Shown: positions 52,374 to 63,920, counted from the stretch's first letter. The stretch is DNA of 64,000 nucleotides from Octopus sinensis (GCF_006345805.1 NC_043008.1:74710001-74774000), one strand, 5' to 3'. The notes: a model not told the origin generated them from the sequence alone. Translations and numbers: made by a program.

Positions 52374-52575
52374 GGTGGGGAGTTGGTAGAATTGTTAGCA
52401 CTCTGAGCAAAATGCTTAGTGGCATTTTGTCTGTCTGAGTTCAGTTCTGCCGAGGTTGACTTTGCTTTTCATCCTTTCAGGGTTAATAAAATAAGTACCA
52501 GTTGAAGACTGGGGCTGATGCAATCGACTTACCTCGGCCCCTGAAATTACTGGCCTTGTGCCAAACTTGGAAATT
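52374..52575 (+). mobile_element. tRNA-derived SINE, family B
   Basis: ggtggggagttggtagaattgttagc...gagttcagttctgccgaggttgactttgc...aaataagtaccag. Confidence 0.8.
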
Positions 52576-53259
52576 ACAGTATATTTTATTCTTCTATATG
52601 TATTATCACTATCTATAAGTTTGTATGTGTCATTGCACTCAGCATGTCATCACAATGTATTTAACATCACAGTCTACGTTTACAATGTACGTATCATCAC
52701 AGTCTATCATCACAATGTTATCATCACAATGAATGTACAGCTGTTAGTCATCACAAACAATTCCAGTAGGAGCAGTTGTTGGAAGAAAATGGGAAGAAAG
52801 ACTTTTATTCAAAATTAAAGTGGTGAGATAGAAATAGGTTGTCTGAAGCTTGGAAGAAAGCAGAAGTAGTTAGTTTTGATGAGTAATATTGCTCATAGAC
52901 CATTATTTGTAGACTTTTGGTGAATGTAGTTTTATATTGCAGTGATGATTAGTGAGGCCTTGTCAATAATAATGTCAGAGGTAAATATAATTATAGAAAT
53001 GAGCTTATTATATACAGTGCTGAGGTGCACAATACACCAGAAAAGAGTGAAATAGGAGACAGAAAACAACAATGAGTCAAATAAAGACAGCAATAAAAGG
53101 TAAATAGCATGAACAGTAGTGGTCTGCCCTTGTGTAGGTCCTGTGTGTATCAACCTCCTCCAGTGCTCTCTTTATGAGATGGGAGAGCTCATACCCTCTC
53201 CTACCACCATTAAGTAAATTACTGGAACTTTGGCTACCATGACTAGACTTAGGATGACT

Positions 53260-54080
53260 AGTGAAGGCGTGTGGCATGCACAGTACATAATATAAAATAC
53301 AAAAGCACAGAAAAGTGAACAGTAAATGAGCCATAAAAAGGAAAGAGCGTACAGGCATAGTAGGTAGAGTATTGGTGAATTTTGGGAAGCATGGAATTTT
53401 TGAAAGATGCAGTGTCCTGTTTACAATCAACCCCAGTAGTTTATCTCATGCTTCTATAATTCTCAGTATGAAAAACATTTCTGGAAGTCACAGATGAGGT
53501 GCTGTTTTTCGATTTTATAAGCATGCTCACAAGCTGTAAAGATAGTGAATTCAAAAAGATTGATAAAAATTGTTGGAAAGATGGCAGATAATCACATGGG
53601 TTTCTACCAAATTAGCTGCTATACACTGAAACTCTAATGTGTCAATGCCCAAAAGAACAATACATTCAAGCTATGGTAAGTGACAAATGGAGGGTATTTG
53701 TCTACTTGCATGTCTCTTTATAGTTTCCAGTTGATCGATATTGTAGACTAGATGGTGTTTCCAGACTGGAAATATAAGTGTGGATGTAATATAGTCATAT
53801 GTAGCTTTAACTAGATACCAGCAAGCAACTGACAAGGGTCTTACTAAGACATCTTCAGCCTTTTTGACAATTTCAGAAATGTGTTTTTGACAACACAAAT
53901 CATTGTTAACAATAATGCCATGGTTACGTTTACCAGCAAACTTCTTAAGGCTGGTATTGTGGGAGGAATAGGTAAATTCCTAGTTTTCCATCTCAAAATG
54001 TATACTGATGTACCTGTCTGAAACCAGCAGTCCATTGCTGCATTATATCCTGATTAGTGTGTCTCATAAAGGATGCCAGG
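53260..54080 (-). mobile_element. CR1/L2-type LINE 3' fragment, decayed
   Basis: KHISEIVKKA...VW...IDQLETIKRHASRQIPSICHLP, LLGIDTLEF, HAYKIEKQH, DTASFK match the CR1-type RT C-terminal pattern. Confidence 0.75.
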
Positions 54081-54398
54081 GACTTAAGGGCAACCGTGAA
54101 CATTGAAATGGGGACAGAAAATGAAGGGATTGAAAAAAAGGAGGGAAGTAAACATTTTTAATAAAATTGAAATGGTTTCTAATATTTTAAACTTGTCCAA
54201 TACTATAGCATAGGAAAATAGAATTATATAAATATAAAATCTGTCCTGTTTTCTCATTACTAAAGAGTGGGGTTGGTATTTCACTATTTTTGGGTGTGAG
54301 AGTCTATTGTTAGTCTGCAGACCACTGAATACACTGTGTGTGTGTGAAGTTTCTGTATACATATGTGTGTTTGAGTAGTTTCTGTGTGTATGTGTGGT

Positions 54399-54443
<45 letters not shown>

Positions 54444-54447
54444 ATAT

Positions 54448-54532
<85 letters not shown>

Positions 54533-54533
54533 T

Positions 54534-54574
<41 letters not shown>

Positions 54575-55433
54575 TTATATGTGTAAATATTTCTGGTGTA
54601 TGTGTGTAAACGTTTTGTATACATTAATATGTTGTTGTATGTAGGTGTAGATGCTTACATGAGTGTATATATCATCATCATCGTCATCATCAAGTATAAA
54701 ATATATTGTGTAGTGAATAAACTAGTAAAGAGGATCCTATAGACTAGATACCCACACAACATAGAATGACCAATTTAATGGAAGAGGAACCATCATCTTG
54801 TGAGTAATGAAGGTAGATCTATTACAAATATGGTTATCATCTAATTCTGTGTGCTATGTCTGTCTATATACACAGTGTGTCTATCTCAACAACACCAAAA
54901 AATTTCACATCAAAACAGCTATCAAAGCAACATCAAAAGACTGCATCTATCGGAATTGAATAGCACAATTTAAAAAAAGATTTAAAAAATGAGAAAAAAT
55001 AAATGTTAGAATAAAGCAAAGAAGCACAAAACAGCAGCGCAAAAACATAACGACCAAAGGAAATTGTCATAATAAAAACATAACAACATTAAGTAATGAA
55101 ATAGATATAATTTATAACGCCCTGACGATTCCTCAAATTTTATGAAAGCAAAGATATTTAAAACAAAAAAAAAAGGTTCTTTGATAAATTCTACTTTTAT
55201 TATTTAATATAAATATACTCTGTCTATATAATATATAATCATTTATATTAATATGTAATATATAAGTATGTTAAATATTTATTTTTATTTTAAAATAATG
55301 TAACATGTGTTAGGTATGCTTGAAGATGAAAAATGTATACTTAGTTCCAAATTGTCTCATATGAAGGTTATAACATTAACACAAGCACACTCTCACACAT
55401 GCATACACACACACACATTCACACAGGTTGAGG

Positions 55434-55449
55434 ATGCTGACGTCAGCAT
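55434..55449. promoter_or_regulatory. Perfect 16-bp palindrome containing a C-MARE (TGCTGACGTCAGCA)
   Basis: ATGCTGACGTCAGCAT seen directly. TGCTGACGTCAGCA is the established CRE-type Maf recognition element; function here is not shown. Confidence 0.4.
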
Positions 55450-55943
55450 TTAAGTTGACAAACCTTCAATCAACTATTTTCATGATATATGCCAGCATGG
55501 GATGCAAATGTCAAAAAGACGATGATGATTAAATATGCATATGTGCATGTACACACACACACACACGCACATGCACACACACAAATATATATGCATAAAA
55601 CAAGAAATAGGCCACAAACTAGATGAAAGAACTCAATACCAGTTTATAGAAAAATAAATGTATTGATTTATTGATAAGGCAAAAGGGTTAATTGAACTAA
55701 AGGTGAAGTATCAAAAATTGGTTGAGTATAAAGATGAAAGAAGTCTTTCTATAAATTATTCAGTAATAATTTAAAGAATGAAAAGTATGTGATGTTTGGA
55801 AATAAAAAATACATTATTTTATACATTTAAATTTATTGTGGGAGGGAGCATTTGAGGGTTAAACTGAGATTTGTATTCAACTAAAAATATACACATATTG
55901 GTGTGTATGCATTTGTGTATCTATATAGATACATATGTGTGTG

Positions 55944-55982
<39 letters not shown>

Positions 55983-56108
55983 TATATATAATATATATAT
56001 ATAGAGAGAGAGAGTAACCACATAAATGCAAAACAAGGTGGAAAAAATAGTACTTGAATACCAGAGGTAGAGTAATATGCTTTATTGAAAAGCAGCAAAA
56101 ATATGAAA

Positions 56109-56154
56109 AAAACTGTTACTCAGAGTTTCACGTTCCTGTTCGTCAGACAGTTTT
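56109..56154 (-). ncRNA. Type I hammerhead ribozyme with canonical core
   Basis: Minus strand: AAAACTGT-CTGACGA-ACA-GGAA-CGT-GAAA-CTCTGAGT-A-ACAGTTTT. 8-bp stem I, stem II 2 bp plus an A.C mismatch with GGAA loop, 3-bp stem III, GUA site. Confidence 0.8.
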
Positions 56155-56159
56155 GTTTA

Positions 56160-56205
56160 AAAACTGTTCGACATACAGGGATGTGAAATTCTGAGTAACA
56201 GTTTT
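56160..56205 (+). ncRNA. Degenerate hammerhead copy, inverted partner
   Basis: AAAACTGT-TCGACAT-ACA-GGGA-TGT-GAAA-TTCTGAGT-A-ACAGTTTT. Stems I and II are intact; 4 of 7 core positions differ from the left copy. Confidence 0.55.
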
Positions 56206-56485
56206 TGTGATATTTTTGCTGCTTTCCAATAAAGTATATGTATATATATATATATATATACATACTGTTCTATCAAAGCTGGAAAAAATCTTCACAATAT
56301 ATATATATAGTTATATAAATAAACAGACACACAGACAAATAGACTGACAAGCATAAGTAAAAATACATACCTGTGTATTAATTTGAATTCATAATAACTG
56401 ATAAAATTTAATCTGTATTAAATAATAAACATTTAAATAAGTGTAAAGCAAAATTAATTGAAATCCTTACAATGAATTAATCCAT

Positions 56486-56529
<44 letters not shown>

Positions 56530-56580
56530 AAAAAATATAAATCTGAAAGAAGAAGCACACTCTAAGATGTAGAGCAAAGT

Positions 56581-56834
56581 ATATTAAAAATGGGGAAGGC
56601 TGGTTTATGGGATTACCTTAGGTTTCCTGTCCATAAAGGGCTTAGCTTTATGGCATGTGTCCAATCACAAAAACCTGTTGGCCCATGACCTCTTAAAAAT
56701 ATTTCACCTTCCATATTTTTAAGAGGTCATGGACCAACAAGTTTTTGAGAGTTGATGGTATACTATAAAATGAAACCCATTATGGACAAGAAACCTAAGG
56801 TAAACCCATAAACTGGCCTTCGCATTTATAATAT
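56581..56834. mobile_element. ~250-bp foldback palindrome with ~122-bp arms and 10-nt loop, MITE-like
   Basis: 56581-56702 matches the reverse complement of 56713-56834 (tttatggg.ttaccttaggtttc.tgtccataa...catgacctcttaaaaatat); loop ttcaccttcc. Confidence 0.9.
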
Positions 56835-56840
56835 ATATAT

Positions 56841-57446
56841 TTTCCCCTCACTTACCACCCCACGACCCTACGTCTCCAACGCACCATTCTTCGAGCTTTC
56901 CGTCATCTCCAGTCCGACCCGTCCACTTCACACCTCTTCCCTAACCGACCCCTCCCCTCTTTCAAACGAGCCCACAACCTTCGAGACCTTTTGGTCCATA
57001 GCTCCTTCCCTGACCCTACCTCCCAACCCGGCTCGTTCCCCTGCTCCCGCCCACGTTGCCGCACTTGCCCTTACCTCTCCAACACCACCCGCCTCACTAG
57101 CACCCACCATCGACCCTATCCCATCATCCACTCCTTCACCTGCACCTCCAGCAATATTATCTATTGCATCTCTTGCTCTCTCTGCAATTCCTTGTACATC
57201 GGACAAACGGGACGCCGCTTGGCTGACCGGTTCGCGGAACACCTTCGTGACATCCACCTTGCGAACGACACACCGGTCTCACGCCATTTCCGCTCCACCG
57301 GTCACTCCTTGCAACACCTATCTGTGTTCGGTTTGTCCTTACACAGAGGCCATCCGGATTCCCGTTTGCGCCGCGAACAGGAATTAATCTTCTCTCTTCG
57401 CTCTTATACGCCATTTGGTCTCAACTCTCCCCCCCTCCTCATCTAA
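56841..57446 (+). CDS. 5'-truncated Penelope-like (Neptune-type) ORF: RT thumb end, Zn-linker and GIY-YIG endonuclease, stop-free over 201 codons
   Basis: PLTYHP...FKRAHNLRDLLVH...FPCSRPRCRTC...FTCTSSNIIYCISCSLCNSLYIGQTGRRLADRFAEH...VSRHF...REQELIFSLRSYTPFGLN. No start codon, so it is a fragment. Confidence 0.92.
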   Translation, partial: FPLTYHPTTLRLQRTILRAFRHLQSDPSTSHLFPNRPLPSFKRAHNLRDLLVHSSFPDPTSQPGSFPCSRPRCRTCPYLSNTTRLTSTHHRPYPIIHSFTCTSSNIIYCISCSLCNSLYIGQTGRRLADRFAEHLRDIHLANDTPVSRHFRSTGHSLQHLSVFGLSLHRGHPDSRLRREQELIFSLRSYTPFGLNSPPLLI

Positions 57447-58200
57447 CCCCCCTCTCCCCCCTCCTCACCTATCCTTTCTCCCCCCGACCCCTACTTCTTC
57501 AGTCCTTCATCCTTTCACCCCTACTCCCCTTCCCTTCTTCCCTCTTTCTCCCTCCCTCTTCCCCTTCCCTCTGCTCCCTCACTCCCTCTCTCCCCTTCTC
57601 TCTCTCCCCCTCTCCCTCTTTCCTCCTTCATCCCCCTCCTCACCTTCCTTCTCCCCCATCGTCTCCTCTTCCCCCTTCTCCTCCCCCTCTTCTTCCCCTC
57701 CCCTTCTCTCCCCCCTCTTCTCCCCCTCCCCCTCTTCTCCCCCTCCCCCTCTTCTTCCCCTCCCCTTCTCTCCCCCCTCTTCTCCCCCTCCCCCTCTTCT
57801 CCTCACTACACCACATGACTTTACACATCACATCACATATGATGTGCCATACTAATACACACACCAACTAATACATACTAATACGTACTAATACATACTA
57901 GTACATACTAATACTTACACCAACCCTATACATACACACGTCCAGACCCCGCATACGCACTTATACTCTCTCACACACACACACACACACCTATACATAC
58001 CAATACGTACTAATACATACTAATACATACTAATACATACACCAACCCCATACATACGCACGTCCAGACCAATCTTACGCACTAATACTCCCTCATACAC
58101 ACACACACACACACACACACCCTTATACATACTAATACATACACCACCCTATACATACACACATCCAGACCCCTCCCACGCACTTTTAGCTGGTCCCTCA
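57447..58200 (+). repeat. PLE 3' UTR: polypyrimidine tract followed by three ~100-120-bp tandem units with (ACTAATAC) sub-repeats
   Basis: cRtccagacc landmarks at 57939, 58061, 58162. Confidence 0.85.
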
Positions 58201-58356
58201 ACCCTTTTATCAACCCTATTATCTCCCCTTATTTCGCTCTCGCGTCTCATGTTTGATCTTTGACCTCTGGCCGAAATCAGATCGCCATGTTGATTCGTTA
58301 GCTACTGCACGCATTTTTTTTCTCTCCTTCTTTCTGTGTTTTTCTCTCTCTGTGTA

Positions 58357-58394
58357 TCTTTCTGTTGAAGAGCGTAGGCTCGAAACGTTAAAGA
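58357..58394 (+). ncRNA. Minimal type I hammerhead ribozyme at the PLE 3' end (pLTR), A6U variant
   Basis: TCTTT-CTGTTGA-A-GAGC-GTAG-GCTC-GAAA-CGT-T-AAAGA. 5-bp stem I, 4-bp stem II with tetraloop, loopless palindromic stem III (ACGT). Location matches known PLE-associated hammerheads. Confidence 0.8.
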
Positions 58395-58491
58395 CTTGTT
58401 TTATTTATATTTCCTGAGCGCCATACTAATACAATTGTTCGTTTGTTTTCCACCTGCCTTCGTCTTTTGTTTATTTTCATAAAGCTTCCCG

Positions 58492-58528
<37 letters not shown>

Positions 58529-58974
58529 CATACATACATGCACATGTAGACACACATACACACACACACATACACAGGTATATACAGGTATAGGCATCTA
58601 CATGCACACACATCAACTGTACATATTTCAGATTGGTACAAGATTCATCATTTTCATACATATAATTCCTTTTTTCCTTAAATTGCTCATGAACAATTTT
58701 CAGAAACACTTCCCTTTATATTGAAGAAACATTTTGCTTGAACCCATAGTTCAATTCAGCCCCTCTAATTCTTTCTCATTGCAAATTTCTTCTCTCTTCT
58801 CTTTAACATCAGTTAAGATATTCACAGATTATTTATCCTTCACTGTAACTTGTATTCAAATTACAAATTTCTAAAAACTTAGTTTCGATATTATTTGTCA
58901 GTTTTCCCATTACTAAATATTGCAACTGTATTTTATTAACCCCTTTTCCCTATTCTTTCACTTGTTTCAATCAT

Positions 58975-59240
58975 TAGACTGCAATCATGTTGGGGCACAG
59001 CCCTGAGGTTGATAAATCAAACTTATCAACCTCAGTACTTGTTATTTCTTTGTAAAGCCTGATACTTACTCTATTGGTCCCTTTTGCCAAACCAGTAAGT
59101 CTTGGGGATGTAAACACACCAACACCAGTTGTCAAGTGGTGATGGAGGAAAACACATATACAAACACGTACACACACACACATATATATATGACAGGCTC
59201 TCTCAGTTTCCATCTACCAAATCCACTCACAAGGTTTCGG
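58975..59240 (-). mobile_element. SINE family A
   Basis: Reverse complement of the family A body: cattagactgcaatcatgttggggcac...cttactctattggtc...tttccatctaccaaatccactcacaagg. Confidence 0.8.
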
Positions 59241-59639
59241 TTAAACGAAAGCTATAGAAGAAGATACAATTAAAAGATAATAGATAGAAAAATTTTAAAT
59301 TGTATTTACACATACAACCAACAAATCACTTCTAACCAAGGTTAAAACAGAACCACTCACATCTTGACACCCATATTTTTACCTTTCATGCTAACTGATT
59401 CAGCTCCTTAATCAGTGTTTTGATAAGGTCAACAAAATAAAATATACTATGTTATAATTTACTATACTATATTCTAGCATTAAGTTCTTCTGTCTAGTTC
59501 GAAGTTTCCTTTAATGTTGTTTTGTGCTGAGTTCTCTATTAATAACAACCCAACAATACTGAAGCAACATGTTAATAAGTAAAACGATGTTGTTTGTTCT
59601 TAAAAACATAATCTCAAGTGTTTCATGGGGAAAACTATT

Positions 59640-61030
59640 AAAATATTATGGCAGAAGGCATCTTCCTTTGACAAAAAAGACAAAAAGAAAAATGATAATA
59701 GTTTTATATATTGCTCAATAGAAGCCCTCTTATTAATAACCTCCTCCAAACTTTTGACAAAGAACCTCTTTCATTAATCAAAAGCATTAAATTTAGAAAA
59801 CACAACAATAGTTCCAAATAACTTTAAAAAGCCAATTTAAAATAAGTTAGCTATGAAAATTATCATTTATTCAGATAAAACAAATATATATCTACTAAAG
59901 TGACAAACCTATAGATTGTACGTATTACAGATTCTTGTCTAATTCTATGATTAGCACTTGGTAAAAAAAAAAAATTGAACATTTAAAATTATGTTGACTC
60001 ATACAACCAACAAATCACTTCTAATCAAGATAAAAACAGAACCACTCACATCTCAACTTCATATTTTTATCTTTAAAATTTACAAAATTAACTTAAGGCA
60101 AAAACTTCATGTTAGACAAACAAATCCAATTGAAACTAATATTTAAGTCATCATTTGCCCTACCATTAGGGAACAATACTCATAATTGACTGGTTTCTGC
60201 CAACCACTAATAAAACTATTACTAAATTCCTTCAATTTGATATCAGGGGCTACTTTTCATCTGTCTCCAAAACTTTACTCATTTAGATACCTTTAATTTT
60301 GCCCGATGACTAACAAACATCAAAGATGGAGAAATACAAGCTATCCTCCATGCATGGAAACTCAGTAACTTACAACAAGTATAACTGAAAAGAAATAAAA
60401 AACATTAGAAAAGAGGTTGAGTGAATCTGCAGAAATATGTGATACAGTTGCATTATGTGTATTATTTTCTCAAATTGAAAACTATTTATTTGGAAGTGAC
60501 AGCGTCAACCCATAACATACAGATTGATTTCAAGAAACAAAAACTCTGCCTCTTCTTTATAGAAACTAGACTACTGGTCATCTCAGAACCCAACCTCATT
60601 ATGGTAAATTTTGTGGGTGTAACATTGAACTTCAGTAACTCCCTATACAACTCATACCATAATTGCAATAAGACTATATACTACATCTGCAAACATTCAA
60701 ATCATCAAAAGAATATTGCTTTCAAGTTTTGGCACGAAGCCAACAATTTCAAGAGTTGGGTAGGTTGATTAAATTGATCCCAATCCTCAACTGCTTCTTA
60801 TTTTATTGATGCCTAAAGGATGAAAGGTAAAGTTGGAATTTGAACTAAGTGGAATTTGAACTCAGAATGTAAAAACAGACGAAGTGCTGCTAAGTATTTT
60901 GCCTGGTGTGCTAATGAGTCTGCCAGCTCACCACCTTAATCATCCAAAGAATATTATTAATAATCTTGTTAAGAATATTTCAATAAGACTTTCTAACCTT
61001 TCTGCAAATAGATAAGTTTTAGCACCTACA
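59640..61030 (+). mobile_element. Decayed Penelope/Poseidon-type RT remnant interrupted by a SINE
   Basis: LIKSIKFRK, IIIYSDKTNIY, LC*LIQPT, IIDWF...KFLQFDIRGYFSSV, SAEICDTVAL, VNFVGVTLN...YICKHSNH[SINE]PKNIINNLVKNISIRLSNLSAN. Confidence 0.75.
60718..60937 (-). mobile_element. SINE family B with 18-bp target-site duplication
   Basis: aatcatcaaaagaatatt (60700-60717) and aatcatccaaagaatatt (60938-60955) flank a minus-strand family B SINE. Confidence 0.9.
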
Positions 61031-61039
61031 CTCCACCCA

Positions 61040-61230
61040 TCACATAATGCCCACATGCACACACACATGCACATGCACATTCACACCATGCATCATGCTA
61101 CACACATACACACAATGCCTCATACAGACACATGCACCATGCATCATGCTACACATATGCACACACACATCATGTCTCATACAGACACACACACTATGCA
61201 TTATGCTACACATACACATGCAAACATACA
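61040..61230 (+). repeat. ~51-57-bp tandem repeat, about three units, built on CA/CATG motifs
   Basis: catgcatcatgctacaca at 61087, 61138 and ~61195. Confidence 0.8.
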
Positions 61231-61751
61231 TTGTAATCATTAGAGCTAAAAATCAAAAGCCAATGATGAGTTGGTTTGCAATTAAGAACTGGGTTGCCTT
61301 ATACAGATCAACATCAAGTACTGAATTTTGCACCAACCATAACTTAACTAACCACTTGTCTACCTTATACTGCAGTTAGAGTGCAACAGTGCCTTGTCTT
61401 GTTCTGTGACAACTATTTACAGCCAGGTGGACTGTCCATTTTCATATTTTACTTGGCTGATTATGGAGCCAATGCTGGGCATGAACTGTTATCTGCATAA
61501 CTAATTGTATCTTACAGTGGCCACTTAGCCAACCTTGTTCTCCTCTTTTATTCTTCTTCTTCTACATTATAAGTAAGCCTCCTTGACTTAGTGATTAGGG
61601 CATTGCTCTTTTAAACTAGGGGTTATGAGTTTATTTCTTACTAAGAATTTTAGCTAGGTTTGTTGTAGTGAACCTGAGCACTGTATGCAATAAGCTCATA
61701 ATTATTATTATCATCATCCCCACCACCACCACCACCATCATCATCATATAT

Positions 61752-61985
61752 AAGGTGGCTAACTGGCAGAATCATTAGCAGGCCGGGCAAAATGCTTAGC
61801 AGCATTTCATCTATCATTACATTCTGAGTTCAAATTCCACCATGGTTGACTTTGTCTTTCATCCTTTGGGTCGATAAAATAAGTACCAGGTGTTCACTGG
61901 GGTTGATATAATTAACTTGACCCATCCATCAAAATTTCAGGCCTTGTGCCGATAGTAAAAAGGATTATTATTATTAATAAAGAAA
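61752..61985 (+). mobile_element. tRNA-derived SINE, family B
   Basis: aaggtggctaactggcagaatcattagc...ctgagttcaaattccacc...aaataagtaccag...(ATT)n tail. Confidence 0.85.
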
Positions 61986-63920
61986 TCATCATCATTATTG
62001 TTATTATTATTATATTTTGTTAGGCAACCACAGACCTTATAACACAAAGGCTGCCTTCTTCAGCACACAAAAACTCTTCTAATGATAGTCACTGTCATTG
62101 CTTAATCATTGATCAGGCCTCATCCAGCAACTATAGACATAGCATCTTTTATTTAGACCTAGTGTATGTAGGACTGCATCATCTAATATAACCAACTTTT
62201 ATTTTATATGAGAGTAGGTTTTGACACAGCTATTATTTCTAACAGGGGAAATAACTATAGGGAGTTATCTTCACTGACACATCCTGCCCAACAGAGTTAC
62301 CAGGAGAAAGATTGTCACAATAATGGTGTCCAACCAAACCACAGCTGGTTGAGGCAGCTTGTAACTATTGTAAAACTTCAGAGACTAACATCAGCTTTAA
62401 GGAATTTGGAAGTGCTTAAAATGTGTATTTCATGTTTGGTCTTTGCATCTGCAACACCCCACCCAAGGTTTTCCTAGCTGAGCTCGGCACCCTGGCCCTG
62501 TCTCCTGCTGGAGAGCTTTGGGCTGGGTTCCACTGCAAATTGCAAAAACACTTGGTTATTATGCAATATTATCTCTGACTACAGAAATGAATTCCATCTC
62601 TTTCATTGGGATTGGGATTAGATAAGAATGCAGGGCATTAGAGCCCAGTACATTGTTGGTGGCTGTATGTTGGTTTTCATTGTGGTGGTTCTAGTGGTGG
62701 TAGTTATGGTGTGGTAGTGGTTATGGTGGTGGCAGTAGTAGTTGTTGCAGTGGTTATGATGATGTAGATGTGGTGGTGACGATGATGATGAATATGATGA
62801 TGATGTGGTGGTGGTGATTATGACAGTTCCCCAGCTAAATTTCTACGAAACAATTTCTTTCCTCCTACATTCATAACTAATTTATTTATACTCAAGTTAT
62901 CTCCCCTTTTATATATTACATATATTTTAAACTTTTCCTTTTTATGCCTTTTATCAGCTTTTGTTTGAAATTTCAATTTAATAACTATATGGACATTTTT
63001 CTCCTGAATCAGTGTTGACAGAGGTGGTTGTGGGGGATTGTTATTTAATATAGAAATTCAAATTGAAATTCAGAGGAAAAAATAATCATATTTGAATTTC
63101 AATCTTTTTCATACACATTCTGCTGAGGTTCAAATTAATCTTAGAAAAACTTTTCTGTAATTTCTGCTGCAATTTCTATCACGCCTCCCATTTTTTCACT
63201 TTATCATTATCATCATCACCACCATCATCCTCTCATCTTCACTACAATCATCATCATTATCATCGTCATCGCTGTCATCATCATTAACATTGATTTACCA
63301 TTCTGTCATAGAGCAGAATGGTGTGTAGTCACAGCATAATCACTACTTCTCCTGAGCTGCATCATCATATCAGAGAACTGACTTCACAACTTCTTCCTAT
63401 AATTCTTAGGTTTTTTATTAACTTCCTATGGTCATCATATTACGCAGACCATTATTTAAATAAAAGTGACTACATGATTCCTACTCTATTAATTCTATAA
63501 ATTTTGCATAAATATTTCACAAGCATTCCTGTCTTTTTTCCTACCTATAGCCTTTAGTAAGAATTAAATTTAAAATCTAGAATTTATCCACAATCTTGTG
63601 AGTCCAATAAGTTAAGATATTGCTGACACCAAGATATGATGCCATTTTGCCTTTTATACCTGCTGAGTATGGGAGGAATAAGCAGTACCCATGGCTTTTA
63701 CAGGATCTCTATAGACTGATAAGATGGATGCTATTAATTTTTCTCTTGACCCTTTGTAAGTCAACACCAGTAGGAAAGATCTGAAGAGGGAGAGAATTCC
63801 CAAGGGTCAGCATCTGGGAAGGACTGGGCTTAATGATTAAGGCAAGTCCTAATGCAATAAAAGTGATGGGAAGAGAGATGAGTGGAAGAGAAATACCTAG
63901 GAGCAGAGGACATTATTATA

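Larger units (their letters stand above)
56075..56239. repeat. Palindrome with 80-bp arms (69/80 identical) and a 5-nt centre; each arm carries a hammerhead-like unit
   Basis: 56075-56154 versus the reverse complement of 56160-56239, manually aligned. Confidence 0.95.

Noticed and set aside
55122-55150. CTGACGA...GAAAG hammerhead-like spacing
   Set aside because: No stem II, stem III or stem I pairing can be formed.
56770-56815. GAAAC-CTAAG-GTA resembling hammerhead stem III within the 250-bp palindrome
   Set aside because: No CUGANGA core upstream; the apparent pairing is explained by the palindrome itself.
56928-57257. Minus-strand 109-aa ORF, and likewise 1082-1402 (+) and 33774-34064 (+)
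   Set aside because: These are antisense shadows of transposon coding sequence.
9478-58724. Dozens of ORF-track entries rich in YI, HT, CV, SL or poly-M/I/H
   Set aside because: They are translations of (TA)n, (CA)n, (CT)n, (TACA)n and triplet microsatellites.
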